This document shows positions 38,579 through 50,300 of a stretch of DNA of 64,000 nucleotides, one piece after another. The DNA lies in NCBI RefSeq assembly GCF_964188315.1, contig NC_135670.1, forward strand, positions 4,774,001-4,838,000, written 5' to 3'. The notes under the pieces are model-generated. The model did not search any database. It had not been told where the DNA came from and saw only the letters and a program-made list of their open reading frames with translations. The stretch comes from Podarcis muralis (taxonomy: Eukaryota). Positions within the stretch are counted from its first letter, which is position 1; the number at the start of each line of letters is the position of its first letter. The translations under genes were made by a program, and so were the position numbers.

Positions 38579-41500
38579 ATGCCGCTGACCGCGTACCTCT
38601 TTTTGTTCTCCACAGGTAAAATTTCTTCTGATGCTTTTATCTGACTCTTAACTCTTGGGATGCTTCCAGACAAACCCTGTTTGTTGAGCATTCATCCCGA
38701 TTTGTTTGCACAAAAGGGAAGTTAGACTACATTGGTTACTTCTTGCGTTTCAGTTCTGATTTGTCTGCAACATCACTCCAAGCAATAGTTTCCCTACGCT
38801 TCTAATCACTTTCCTTGCTGTAATATGTTTTATGGGTCTTTGGGGGGTGTTGTTGTTGTGCAATAATGCAAAATCTGCTCTAATTGTAACCCAGATTTGC
38901 CAGGATGGGACTGAATCCCACCCACAAATCAAGGAGATTCTGGAAGCAGTCTGAGCACCTGAGAAACTTGGTGGGTTGAATATTTATGCGCTCTGAAACT
39001 TTCTGCAGATTAGGTAAAATATTTTCCACCTTCTCCTTTAGCATGTGTCTTGTTTCCAGGACTTCAGTTGCAGGACAGTGTAGGGATTCTCAAACAGCGT
39101 GATGTCTCCTTCAATGTCTTCTTGCAAGAAAAGCCAGAGCGAGAAACAGCAACCATAAATGGTCCTTGTGGTCTTTCTCCTCCACAGTGTTCCCAGCACA
39201 CTTGCAGATCCTGCATCCAACCCAGCGGTTCCTGTTCGTGGATATTGGTGAGACGGCACAGATCTCGTGCACTTCTGTAGAAGATATTGAAGATCAGGCA
39301 TTATCATTCAGCTGGTACAAAAGAAGAGAACACGGAATGCCGATTTTTATCAAGAGCTGCGATGTTAGAAAACCCGGAGACAGATTTGCTTGCAAAGTTA
39401 ATCCTAACCGTCGAAATGCCGTACTGGAGATCCTTAATGTGCAGAGCTCTGATTCTGGGCAATATTTCTGTGCCCAAGAATCTCCTAGTGGCTTGCATTT
39501 CAGCAATGCAACAGCTTCACTGATTGTTGGAGGTAAGAAATCAGGGCTGACGGAGCTTTGCAGTGGCACTAATCATGTCAATGGCAGATTTCAGTTTGTT
39601 AATTTTAAAGCCACTGGGGCAAAAAATAAGCCCTTTGTTCGTTCCCCGGATAGGCAGAGCCCAATTTCCTACCAAGAGATGGAGTCAGGAAGAACAAGAA
39701 AGGTGCAATTGCATTTTATTATGCCGCAAACCCAGAAGTGAGTGCAGTGGCGTAGCGTGGGTTGTCAGCACCCGGGGCAAGGCAAGTAATTTGCGCCCCC
39801 TAACCCGAGTGAGCCAGGTAGGGGCAGAGAGCTGCGAGTGCGAGCGCGCCCCCCCGAAGTTGCGCCCGGTGCGGCCGGTCCCCCCTGCACCCCCTACGCT
39901 ACGCCACTGAGTGAGTGTTCCGGTTTTCAAATGTTCTTTGGAACCCGAACGTCCGACGGTGCTTCTGTGTCTTCTGCAAGAGCTTCCAGCAGCCAATCGG
40001 AAGCCGCACCTTGGTTTCCGAACATTTTGGAAGTTCAACAGACTTCCGGAACAGATTCCATTCAGTTCCAAGGTATGACTGTATACTACCCCCAAGATCA
40101 GAGGCAGCCTGTATGTAAATCAGCTCCTCTTCCCAGACTTCTCCCTTTGGCCACCCATTGCTGTCCTACTACCAGTCCCTGAGCTTTTTTCCCCCTTGGG
40201 GGTTCCCCAGCTGCCCCTCCCATTCCTCTGCCTCCAGCCAGTCCATGACATCCAGAAACATTACTGACCATGGAGGCAGATCATCGCCATTGATGCTGAA
40301 CTAGACCTTTCCGTTGAGCTTCGTAATTTTCAAAAGCGCAGTACCAGGGCAGAAATCTGAAACGCGCCTCTTCCTTGGAGATTGTTCTTACTGTGCCCCT
40401 TGCTTTGTTTTCCTCTTCAGACAGTTATACTCCGAGCACCCGGGTGATGCTTTTGCAGCCCTCTAACCAAGACCCAGATTCCCAGTTCAAGAACCAACTT
40501 GTCTGCGTGGTCCATGGCGTGTCCAACTTAGTCCAGGTGTCCTGGGACGTCCCGGGATATCACCTGCCTGAAGCCCAGACCCTTTTAGCCAAAACCAACA
40601 GTGGGTCCTTAACTCTTGTCAGTCTCCTTCGCTTCCCTGTGGAATTGCACAGCCGTGGAGGAAATGTTACGTGTGAAGTCAGATTCAACTCTTCCAGCAC
40701 CAGTGTGAAGAGTTCTGTTTCCAATGCATGTGAGTAATTCTGCAAACCGCTGACTTTGCTACCATAAGACACAGGAGCAGAGGATCTTGCCTTGTTCTGA
40801 ATCAGACCCTTGGTCCACCTAGCTCAGGTGGGAGAAGGAGACATCTGAAGGGGGAAATGTGATTTCATAGACTTGTAGAGTCAGAAGGGACCCTGTGAAT
40901 CATCTATCCCAACCCTCTGCAATGCAGGAATATTCTGCTGTCTCATACGGGGATCGAACCCGCAACCTTGGCATTATCAGCACCATGCTCTAGCCAGCTG
41001 AGCTACGAGCTTAGTGGCAGAATGGAGTGAGAAGGGGAAGCTGTAGGGAGTTAATATGGGGGGAATGGTGGGGGACTGGCAAGCAGGGCGGACAAGGGTG
41101 CAGCGCCTATTAGTACAATATAAATAAATATAGAGAATGGCATCATGCCACAGCTGTGTCAAACACCACCGGTGCCAGGGCTGCAGAAAAATGTTTTAGT
41201 ATCAGTCACTATCTGCGAGGCTGGTGGTATAAAGTGTGTTCTCCCTCATGTTCTCCCTCACGGGTTGCGGGCAGGGCTGACAAGACACCTTACTGTTACT
41301 AGGCAAATGGTTTGGCCATTCTTTAAGCAGGGGGCGGGCTGTTACTGGGGAAAGCTAGATGTTGCCATTTGTTGATTGACAGCCCTATTTGTTAACTACA
41401 ATACACACAGCGACGAACTTCCTCTTTTCGCTGCGTGCTTGGGATCACCTGGCCTCCCTTCCCTAATGTTAGGCTGTTTGCTTGACCTTGCGATGCCTGT

Positions 41501-42334
41501 CATGGGGTCGTCTGCTTTGGGGCAGGGGCCTGGTAGGAATTTTGCCATTTGGCTGATTAGTGTGTGCCACTTGGTTTTTGCCTACTGCGTAGCAAACCGT
41601 CATAACTTGTAAGGTTTGCGGTTAGGCATTGGTCTTAGAATTGGTTGCTGGGGGGGTATGGATTCGGCTGTGCCTGCCCCCCAAAATGCTGCTGCTGGTG
41701 GAGGGGTATGGATTCGGCTGTGCCTGCCCCTCCAAAATGCTGCTGCTGCTGCTGAAGGGTTTTACCGTTAAAGGAACCCAGGGGCTCCCCATGCTTTTGT
41801 CCGAAACCCCCTGGCAAGGGGCTAGGGCCACGCAAGCTCCTGGGAGCATGCTGGGGAGAGGTGAGGCATGGTTCCCAGTCCCGTCCCTCTCCCCAGGTGA
41901 CTTACCCTTTCTGACTTCGCAGGGGGTGCGAATGTCAGAGCTGTCCCCAGGCGGGGTCAGTTAGTGCTACCAATGCCTAAGCAACCACTCACATTGCTGT
42001 AATTTGAATAAAGTTGTGGCCAAAATTGTGCCAAAAACCTTAAACAAAATTAAGTGTCAATTGTGTTTTTCTTTGGGGGGGGGGGTGTCTTCGGGACCTC
42101 GACGCGCAAATCAGAAGTGAAACAAAGAGCTAGAGAGACTGTTAAGACTTCTCTGTCCAGAGAAGGAAGTCCTAAGAGAACTGATATGATGTTTCTTATC
42201 TTTGTAAAATTTCCCCTGTAGATGCAGAGATTCCTCAGTGCCTCTTCAGATATACGTGGGTCCTGGATACACTGACGTTGCTGCTGCTTCCCCTAAACTT
42301 CCTTTGGATTCAATTCTACCCTTCCGACTCCTAA
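38579..42334 (+). CDS. Gene B: non-rearranging VJ-C1 IgSF receptor, type-1 chain, TM Asp, essentially no cytoplasmic tail, 267 aa
   Basis: Leader from second ATG 38579-38615 (MPLTAYLFLFST; the first ATG at 38550 is frameshifted); V 39188-39532; C1 40421-40729; terminal CP/TM exon 42222-42334 (YAEIPQCLFRYTWVLDTLTLLLLPLNFLWIQFYPSDS*), alignable to the TM exons of A and C. Confidence 0.8.
39745..39909. mobile_element. hAT MITE, same family, nested in a Tigger-like MITE
   Basis: Perfect 8-bp TSD AGTGAGTG. Confidence 0.9.
40864..41010 (-). mobile_element. tRNA(Ile)-derived SINE
   Basis: Minus strand TAGCTCAGCTGGCTAGAGCATGGTGCTGATAATGCCAAGGTTGCGGGTTCGATCCCCGT followed by a CR1-like tail. Related tails at ~17040, ~47075 and ~54595. 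Confidence 0.65.
41290..42110 (+). mobile_element. Probable LTR-type insertion in the gene B C1-TM intron; boundaries uncertain
   Basis: LTR-like composition, internal ~50-bp direct repeat at 41651-41752, AATAAA near 42007. No TSD identified. Confidence 0.4.
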
Positions 42335-42699
42335 AGGGCATCATGAACCACATCCGAGGAAAAACTTAAAGGAGGACAACATGTCGCTTTATGCAGAAGG
42401 AAATCCACAGGATTATTAGGAGGGTTTATATAATATCCTAGGGTTTGGGCAGAAGTTAGACCACCGTATAACTGAATATATTTACACGTTGTCTGTATCT
42501 CGACTGGCCAGGCTGCAAAGTGCAATGCTGGAAGTTGAAGCAAACAAATAAACGTCATTTTCACATGCTGCAGGACGGGTATGGAATCGTTCCCCCTGTC
42601 AGGAATTTTATTCCTGTGTGTCCAGGGTTGCAGCAAGAGAGGCTTAGCATTGCAAGAATTCCTCAGGTGGTCTTATAGGAATTCTAAGGTCATTATTTA

Positions 42700-42935
42700 T
42701 ATATATAATATAAACATTCATAAATGTACAAGGCAAAGACATACGTAAATATGTAAACCATGTGTCTGAAATAGTACAGGAGAGCAACCCTGAAGCCATT
42801 TTGACTCTTCTCTGCAGTTGATGAAGGAAAGGGGAAAACCTCCCCATTGTCTCTTTGCTCACAAATCCTGTCTTAAAGGGTGCATTGGTGTATGAATAGG
42901 GTGTCCCTGTGACCTGGATTCAGGAACTGAGTATT
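42700..42935. repeat. Locus-specific block duplicated at 63245-63485
   Basis: Shared TAAATGTACAAGGCAAA..TGTCTGAAA..CCATTTTGACTCT..AAACCTCCCCATTGTCTCT..GTGACCT.GATTCAGGAA. Confidence 0.85.
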
Positions 42936-44789
42936 TGCTCTTTGCATTTAAGTTCCTCAAGAAAACTGCGTTTTCACAATAAAATAAAGAATTTTATTAT
43001 TCTTTTTTTTTTTTACTTTATTATATTTTTTTATCCCACCTTTTCCTCCAATGAGCCCAAGGTGGTGTGCCTATCAGGGATGATTTTGCGGTGATTCCTA
43101 CATTGGAGGGGTCCTTTTCAAACCCTACAGCTCTGTGATTCTATCAACATCCCAATTTGCGCTTTGCCGTGCAATTCACCAGCTGCGCCTTTAAACCTTG
43201 CCCTGCTCATTTATCGCTCAGATTTCAGCATTCAAATGTCTGGCGGAAACGGAGACCCAAGTTCGAATCCTTCCTCCGGAAGTTTAGGCTGAGGCAGCCT
43301 CCTTTTTGGGGCCTGCCTCCTCAACCCAGGGGCCCTGCTGGGTTGTGGGCTCTCGGCAAACGCCCAACCCTGGTCACCCTTGGTGTTGGAACTACTCCCA
43401 GATTTGGCCATACGAATCATCAGGGCAGAGCAGTTCCCAGGCAGAGAGGACCAGAAGGAGGCAAAAGCAAACTGACAACAGTTTTCTACCTCTCAGCAGC
43501 CTGTGACCAAGATGAGTAAACAAGAGATGCTATCACTTGCACAGCGGGTACCAGAAGAAGCCACAAGAATTGCCTTAACGCATGTCAGAGGGTGAAGGGG
43601 CCTGAGGCTGTTTGACCACATTTGTTACGGTCAGGGTCCAAGCACCGTTTGTGGTCTTTGGGTCTGAGCCAGTCTTGCTGCACTTGGGGCTTTTCTGCTC
43701 ACAGGAAAGGGTGTGGAGCCGCTGTCTGTGCTGCTAAATTCTGGCTTAGGCTCACAAGAAGTGGCCTTAAACTATGGTTACCAGATTTTTTCCAATGAAT
43801 CCAGGGACACTTGTTTATTTTTTGAAGCTGAGTAGCAACAGGGAGTCAGTAGTGGGGATGGTGAGGCAAAAGACCCTGGGCCCAAGCACACATGCATATT
43901 GTATAAAGGTGCAAAGGCCTTCTTCCGCACCCTGTGAAACATAAATGCACAGTTTTTAAAAAACCAAGCAATGGCCACCTGCCAGAAACTCCCGAGCCTC
44001 CCCCAGTCAGTCAAAACAAAGGGAGACAGGGGCAGGAGATTGGGGGAGGCAACTGCGCCGTTGCCCAGTTTTTTAAAAACTCTGCGCATTTACCGTATGT
44101 TTCAAAAGGTGCTTTGCACCTTGCCCGGCAGAGAAACCGCGTGCCTTGCACCCCTCCTGGGCAATGGCGTGCCACCCGCCCGTGACTCCCAAGCCTCCCC
44201 CAATCTCCTGCCCCCTTCCCCCTTTGATCTGTACCGCCGGACGTCCCCGGTTCCCTTTTGGCAGTGGCGACATCAGCGTCAGTCAGCAGCCCGGAGCCAG
44301 CCTGGTAGCGCAGTTGGCTCTGGCTGGCTTCAGAAGCTGCTTGCTGCTTGCTGCTGTGGCGCCTGCCATTTTTCCTCGCAGGAAGTCCCCATATGATTTA
44401 TCTTGTGCACAACACATCATATGGGGACTGCGGGTGCCATGGCAGTGAGCAGCTCCTGAAGCCAGCCAGAGGCAACTGCGCTACCAGCCTGGCTCCGGGC
44501 TGCTGAGACTGCCGCTGCCACGTTTCCCGGGACAGATTTGCAAATCTTGGGACTGTCCCCGGGAACCAGGGACGTCTGGTAACCCTACCTTAGACAACTA
44601 TTTTACTTTTAAAAGATGACTGAAGGCGGCCCTGTTTAGGGAAGTTTTTAATGTCTGATGCTGTATTGTTTTTAATATTCAGTTGGAAGCCGCCCAGAGT
44701 AGGGCAGGGTATAAATAATAAATTATTATTATTATTTTGAGATGCTTAAAAATGAGGGTCTGGACATAAGCAATATAGCTAATATTGTA

Positions 44790-45415
44790 CTGCCAACTTT
44801 ACTGTATGCTTGTGAAACATGGACCACTTATAAACGCCATCTCCAACTCCACTAAAGATTCCATCAACGGTCTCTCTGGAAAATTGTACACATCACTTGG
44901 GAAGACAGGTGAACTAATACCAGTGTACTGGAAGAAGCAAAGACCACCAGTGTTGAAGCAATGATTCTTCAACATCAACTTCCTTAGACTGGTCATGTTG
45001 TGTGGGTGCCTGATGATCATCTTCCAAAGCAACTACTCTATTCCGAACTTAAAAATGGAAAGTGTAATACTGGTGGTCAACAAAAGAGGTTTAAAGACTG
45101 TCTCAAGGCAAATCTAAAAAAAATGTAGTATAAACACTGACAACTGGGAAACACTGGCCTGCGAGCGCTCCAGTTGGAGAACAGCCTTTACCAAAGGTGT
45201 CATCGGCTTTGAAGACACTCGAACTCAGGACACAAGGGAGAAACGTGCTAGGAGGAAGGCACGCTTGGCAAACCGTCATTGTGATCAATACCCACCCGGT
45301 AACCAATGTCCCCACTGTGGAAGGACGTGTGGATCCAGAATTGGCCTCCACAGTCACTTACAGACTCATTGTTCAAACCGTGTTTATGGAAGACAATCTT
45401 ACTCGGCTAAGATGA
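44790..45415 (+). mobile_element. RTE-clade LINE 3' fragment
   Basis: Ends in CPHCGRTCGSRIGLHSHL; lies just 3' of the gene E stop codon, antisense to E. Confidence 0.8.
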
Positions 45416-45491
45416 TTGCCAAAGAAGGGGAAAAATATTTAATACAAGCATCTATGTTCAGCAAGTTAAACGATAGCAAAGTTGGGCAGGA

Positions 45492-47305
45492 CTAGGTGGC
45501 CCTTTGGGATTGCAACACTGCAAATCTACGAAAGTCTCCGTTTTGCTTTTCTTTCTTCATTGCTCCAGTTTGATCTGGATTCCATTTGTTGCAACGTAGC
45601 TCTGCATACTCTGTCTGGAAGAGAAGGAAGCAGAGCAGTTATAGGCTGCTCACTCGTTGTAAAAGTTGATTTCCCACATCTGTAAAATCAAACGAACTTT
45701 TGATGTTTTTACTAGAATGTTTATCTCTTTTGCATGAATGGGTGTTGGGGGAAAAATGGTAATTTTTTTGGGGGGGAAACAAAAAACTTCTTAGTTACCT
45801 TGGGTAGTTTCTACGAGAAAGTTACTTACAGAGAAGGATATATTCAAAGTTGAACATCAAAGGCCTAATAATGATGTTAATGTTAATTAATAAGAATTTG
45901 TATCCAAGAGAATTCTACTCCGAGTAGTCTCAACTACCACCATCCTTAATCACTAAAGGTAAAGGTAAAGGTACCCCTGCCCGTACGGGCCAGTGGTGTC
46001 CGACTCTAGGGTTGTGCGCCCATCTCACTTAAGAGGCTGGGGGCCAGCACTGTCCGGAGACACTTCCGGGTCACATGGTCAGCGTGACAAAGCTGCTCTG
46101 GTGAGCCGGCACCAGTGCAGCACACGGAAACGCTGTTTACCTTCCCGCTAGAAAGCGGTACCTATTTATCTACTTGCACTTAGGGGTGCTTTTGAACAGC
46201 TAGGTGGGCAGGAGCTGGGACCGAAAGATGGGAGCTCACCCCGCCTCCTTAATCACTACCCATCATCAATAAACATTTCCTGGGCAGCTTGCAAACCACA
46301 TTTAAACACTCAGTTCAGGAAAGCTTCAGTGCCTGGTCACCTGGATACCATTTTCCCTCACCACAAGCCTTTTCACATCCAAAAATCCTCATTCAAATGC
46401 AACCCACACTTCTGCACTACCTAGGGTTGCCATATTACAGAAATCTGGACAGAATTGTTCACTCTTTTTTTTGCAAAATAATAAAAAAGAGGTATTAGAG
46501 CTATTTTTTCCAGAAATTGCCAAAATTGCCACTACCGGTATGCTCTCTCTGTGTGTCTGCCTATCTGCCTCCTGGGTTCCTGGGTTGCCCAAAATTAGGA
46601 CTGGTTCCTTCCAAACCCTCCTGCAAAATACAGGAACACACATCTTTCTGAAATTTCAGTATGCAAAGCCAGAATTTACCTGCGGGATCTCCCTCATGGG
46701 TATTTGGTTTCCTGGTTTCTCTGTATTCCCTGTGAGGAAGGAAAAAAGAAGGGACGTTTTATTGGTCTACTCAGAAGCAAGTTCCTTCAACTTCCGTGGG
46801 ATTTCCTCCTGGCTCCCAGTGTGCCTCACACACTTCAAGGCCCCTTGAATAACGACCCGCAGTTTATCTTACAAAAGGATTACCTGTGTGAAGAAGTTTT
46901 CTGAAGAATAGGGCAGAGAGCGAGATCAGGAGGATGACGCTGACAACGCAGGGCACCCCAAAATATAGTATGGAGACGCAGTCATCTGTCAATGAGAAGG
47001 AGAGGGAAACAGGGGTCAGCAACTAGACCGGCCATTGGCAGAGAACAATGTTAAGCAAAGACTCTACATTTCATAGAATCACAGAACTTCAGAGCTGGAA
47101 GGTACCCATGGGGTCATCTAGACCAACCCCCAGCAATGCAGGAATCTCAACTAAAGCATCCAAAATAATGTCCTCTTAGCTACCCAAAAGCAACAAGACT
47201 GGGGTGCTGCCTGTCCTGGGATGACCAGAGGAAACATTAGGAAACCGGGGTTGCCACGCGCCTGGATTTTCCCAGACAAAAATGATGATGATGATGATGA
47301 TGATG

Positions 47306-47344
<39 letters not shown>

Positions 47345-50300
47345 GTTTATTATGTATACCCTGTCACTCTGGGCAGCTTCCAACAGAATATTAAAATACA
47401 ATAATTTATTAAACATTGAAAGCTTCCCTAAACATCCGTGATTCATCCGTGTTGCTCAGAAAATTGAGACAACCCCACTAGGTTAAAGGTGGGGAACATC
47501 AGGCCTCTGTGGCGGAGAGCAGTCCAGAATCAGAACCCGGGAGAGGAGGGAGGCCATGAGGCAGAGATGAGGCAGGCTGGCAAAGAAATCTGCCCCTCCT
47601 GCTGCAACAAGCTCCCCTCCCCGCTGGTCTCCAAGGACCAGGGGAGGTATGAAGCGGGAAGAGCAAAGGCAGGCACACCGGCATAGTCTCAGATTGCTTG
47701 GGGAGGACTTGGAGGAGGAGGAAGCTTAGGCAGCCATGGGAAGGCAGGGACCTTCAGTCTCAGAAACTGCCTCATAGGGGCAAGACCTGCAGAGAAGCGT
47801 TGCTGTGCTCATTAGGCCTGGCGCTCCTGAGGAGACCTTGTCTCTGTGGGATGTAAAACACAGGAGCAGTCAATTACAACATTCCTAGAGTGTACATGTT
47901 GAGACATGGGGAGGGATGTTTGTCCAGCCAGCAGGTAAACTTCCTGGGACAGACTTCCTCCACATGTGACCAGAGGTGGGTGTGGCCTCACCTGTGCAGG
48001 TAATGATAAAAGCACAGGGCAGGGCAGCCATCTCTCTCTTGCGTCTTGCTCTCTTGCTTCTCTTGCAACATCTGCTAAAGATGCCCTCTTGGCTCCCAGC
48101 CAAGAGAGGATAAAGAGACTATCTTCTTATAAGATAGATTCTAAATGTATATTACCTTATTAAGCCTGTCTGCCTTCTGGGATCCGATTGTGAACAAAAT
48201 GTGAGTAAACTCTTTTTATACTTTTATAAAGGACTGTGTCGTGTCTTGTATTTTAAGAAGGAACAAAGGGGAAATTACCAGAGTGATTATTATAGAGGTT
48301 CTAGCGAACCTGAGCACACGACGTTACCGTTGCAAACTTAAAAGGGGAATGTCTTACTCTGCTGATATTTTGGGAACTTGTTAGCACAAGTTGGATAAGG
48401 ATATAATCTCACAATATATCCTCTCCTGCATCCCTGAACATTCCCACAGTCTCCTCTACTAAAGAGTTAACTTCACTTAACACCGTGTGATTTATTGCTG
48501 GCCCACTCCTGGTGGATAGACACATCTACATCAGCTGGAATGGATATGGGACCAGTGGCATTGCCTCCTCCTGCTTGCCTGGATGGAGGATGGAGAGGGG
48601 TGTGCCTGCATCTGTGTCAAGGATCGGGGATCTTTGGCCCTCCAAATGCTTCTCAACCAGAATCCCCAATCTCCCTGGCCCTTCACACGCTTTCCAGGGG
48701 TGATGAGAGCTCAGCAACATCAGGAGAGGCAAAGGTTTCTCACACCTGGACGATAGAGAAACCTCTGCCTGGTGGGATGTAGATTCCTGTACAAAAGTCG
48801 GGGTCATATCTGTTCCCTGCTTCTTCCCCTCTTTGCTTTTGCCTGACACTCTCTTCTGCCCTGTTGAAGAGCTTATTCAGTGCAAATCTACCTGGGCTGG
48901 TTGACACTGTGTTTATACCTGCTGGAGAACCAACATTTCTCTTCTCTGAACAGGTATCAGGCACCTGGGTTGGAGGAATCAGCTTCACACTCCAGATACT
49001 GAAGTCTCCATTTCCGTTTGCCATGGTAATGTAATTCTGGTCCTGAGATGTTTCCCCACTCGTATTCCAGGCGTTGAAATCCCCCTTGGGGTCAGCATCA
49101 AAGAAAACACAGGGAAGGGGGGCAGCGTGGTTCAACTGAGCCTGCTCTGAGGAGGGTGGCATGGCGACAAAAAGACTTCGCCTCAAAGCACCTGAAAGAA
49201 TGTTGAGAAAGATAGTCTTACGTGCCGCTCCAATCTCTGAGTGGATTTCAGGCATTCCAGGCTGAAATATACTCGGAGTCGAGAGTGGATTTCATGCTCT
49301 TTATTCAGCTCATAGTGGTGAGGAGGAATGGAAGTTCCCCCAGAATGTCTGCTTTATATACATTATTTACACAATGGGCCCCATGTGATTGGCTAATTCT
49401 GGGATTCACCTGTAGGCCAATCAGGTTGTGGATTCACTTCCACCTGGAGCTGGATTGGGTGGCTCCTGTGGACCAATCAGACTGCTGCATTCTGGACCCT
49501 ATTGTTCTAGGACCAATCAGACTGCTGCATTCTGAATCCTATTGTTCTAGGACCAATCAGACTGCTGCATTCTGAATCCTATTGTTCTAGGACCAATCAG
49601 ACTGCTGCATTCTGAATCCTATTGTTCTAGGACCAATCAGACTGCTGCCTTTTGGATCCTATTCAACTCAGTACATAACACAGGCACTTGGCTGGATGAA
49701 AAGAGAGGCAGGAAGTTAGGGCGAGAGGAACAGGAAATACTATTTGCTCCACCCCAAGGTGTGAGGATTTGCTACGCGGCAGGCGAAAACCAAATGGCAA
49801 CAGCCAATCAGCTAAGTGGGGAAAATTCCTGCCGTGCTCCTGTCCTAATGACAGACAACACATGATGGCATAGCATGTTCAAGCACAAAGCCCTAAAAGT
49901 AGGGAAAGGTGGCCGGGTGTTCCGAATGCATGCACCGAAAGAGGAAGCTCTGGGTCATGTGCATGGGCATAAATAGGTCCCTCGAACTGTTTAGACTGCA
50001 TCCCATTGGTCAGATTGCACCTAGGTACGAGGGACCTACCAATTGGGTGTTGTGGATGACCAATTGTACCCACCCACAACACAGGGTGCTGGTTTTCTAG
50101 GTCTCACTGCAATATGTGCCCTCTTTAAGGGAGGACCCGATTTTCCAAAGTTTGCTGGAGGTGCCTTCAGGGATGGAACCTGAGTCGTCCTGCTTGCAGG
50201 TGCTTGATTACTGATCCCTAGGCAGAACATACATTCAATAAATGCTGATATTTGCCCCCAAAATCTTCAAAGGCGCTCACCTGAGATGACCAGCCTAGTC

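Noticed and set aside
39183-39189. Perfect RSS heptamer CACAGTG at the start of each type-1 V exon (also 23997-24003 on minus and 55671-55677)
   Set aside because: It is simply the splice acceptor CACAG plus TG. There is no nonamer at 12 or 23 nt, and the position is wrong for V(D)J joining.
40727-40737. Read-through of the C1 donor giving a secreted chain ending ACE* (also in A)
   Set aside because: The stop follows directly from the GTGAGT donor consensus, so it is not evidence of a designed isoform.
40944-41010. tRNA-Ile gene on the minus strand
   Set aside because: The acceptor stem does not pair and the sequence runs into a CR1-like SINE tail; it is treated as a SINE head.
38550-42334. 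Gene B as a pseudogene
   Set aside because: An in-frame second ATG is conserved across paralogs and the V, C1 and TM exons are intact; pseudogene status is unproven but not excluded.
43157-43600. GC-richer segment with a 120-aa ORF between genes B and E
   Set aside because: No recognisable domain, splice pattern or TE termini; possibly a retroelement remnant but not supportable without a database search.
49469-49660. CRISPR-like array
   Set aside because: Contiguous 40-bp tandem repeats with no unique spacers, inside a eukaryotic LTR.
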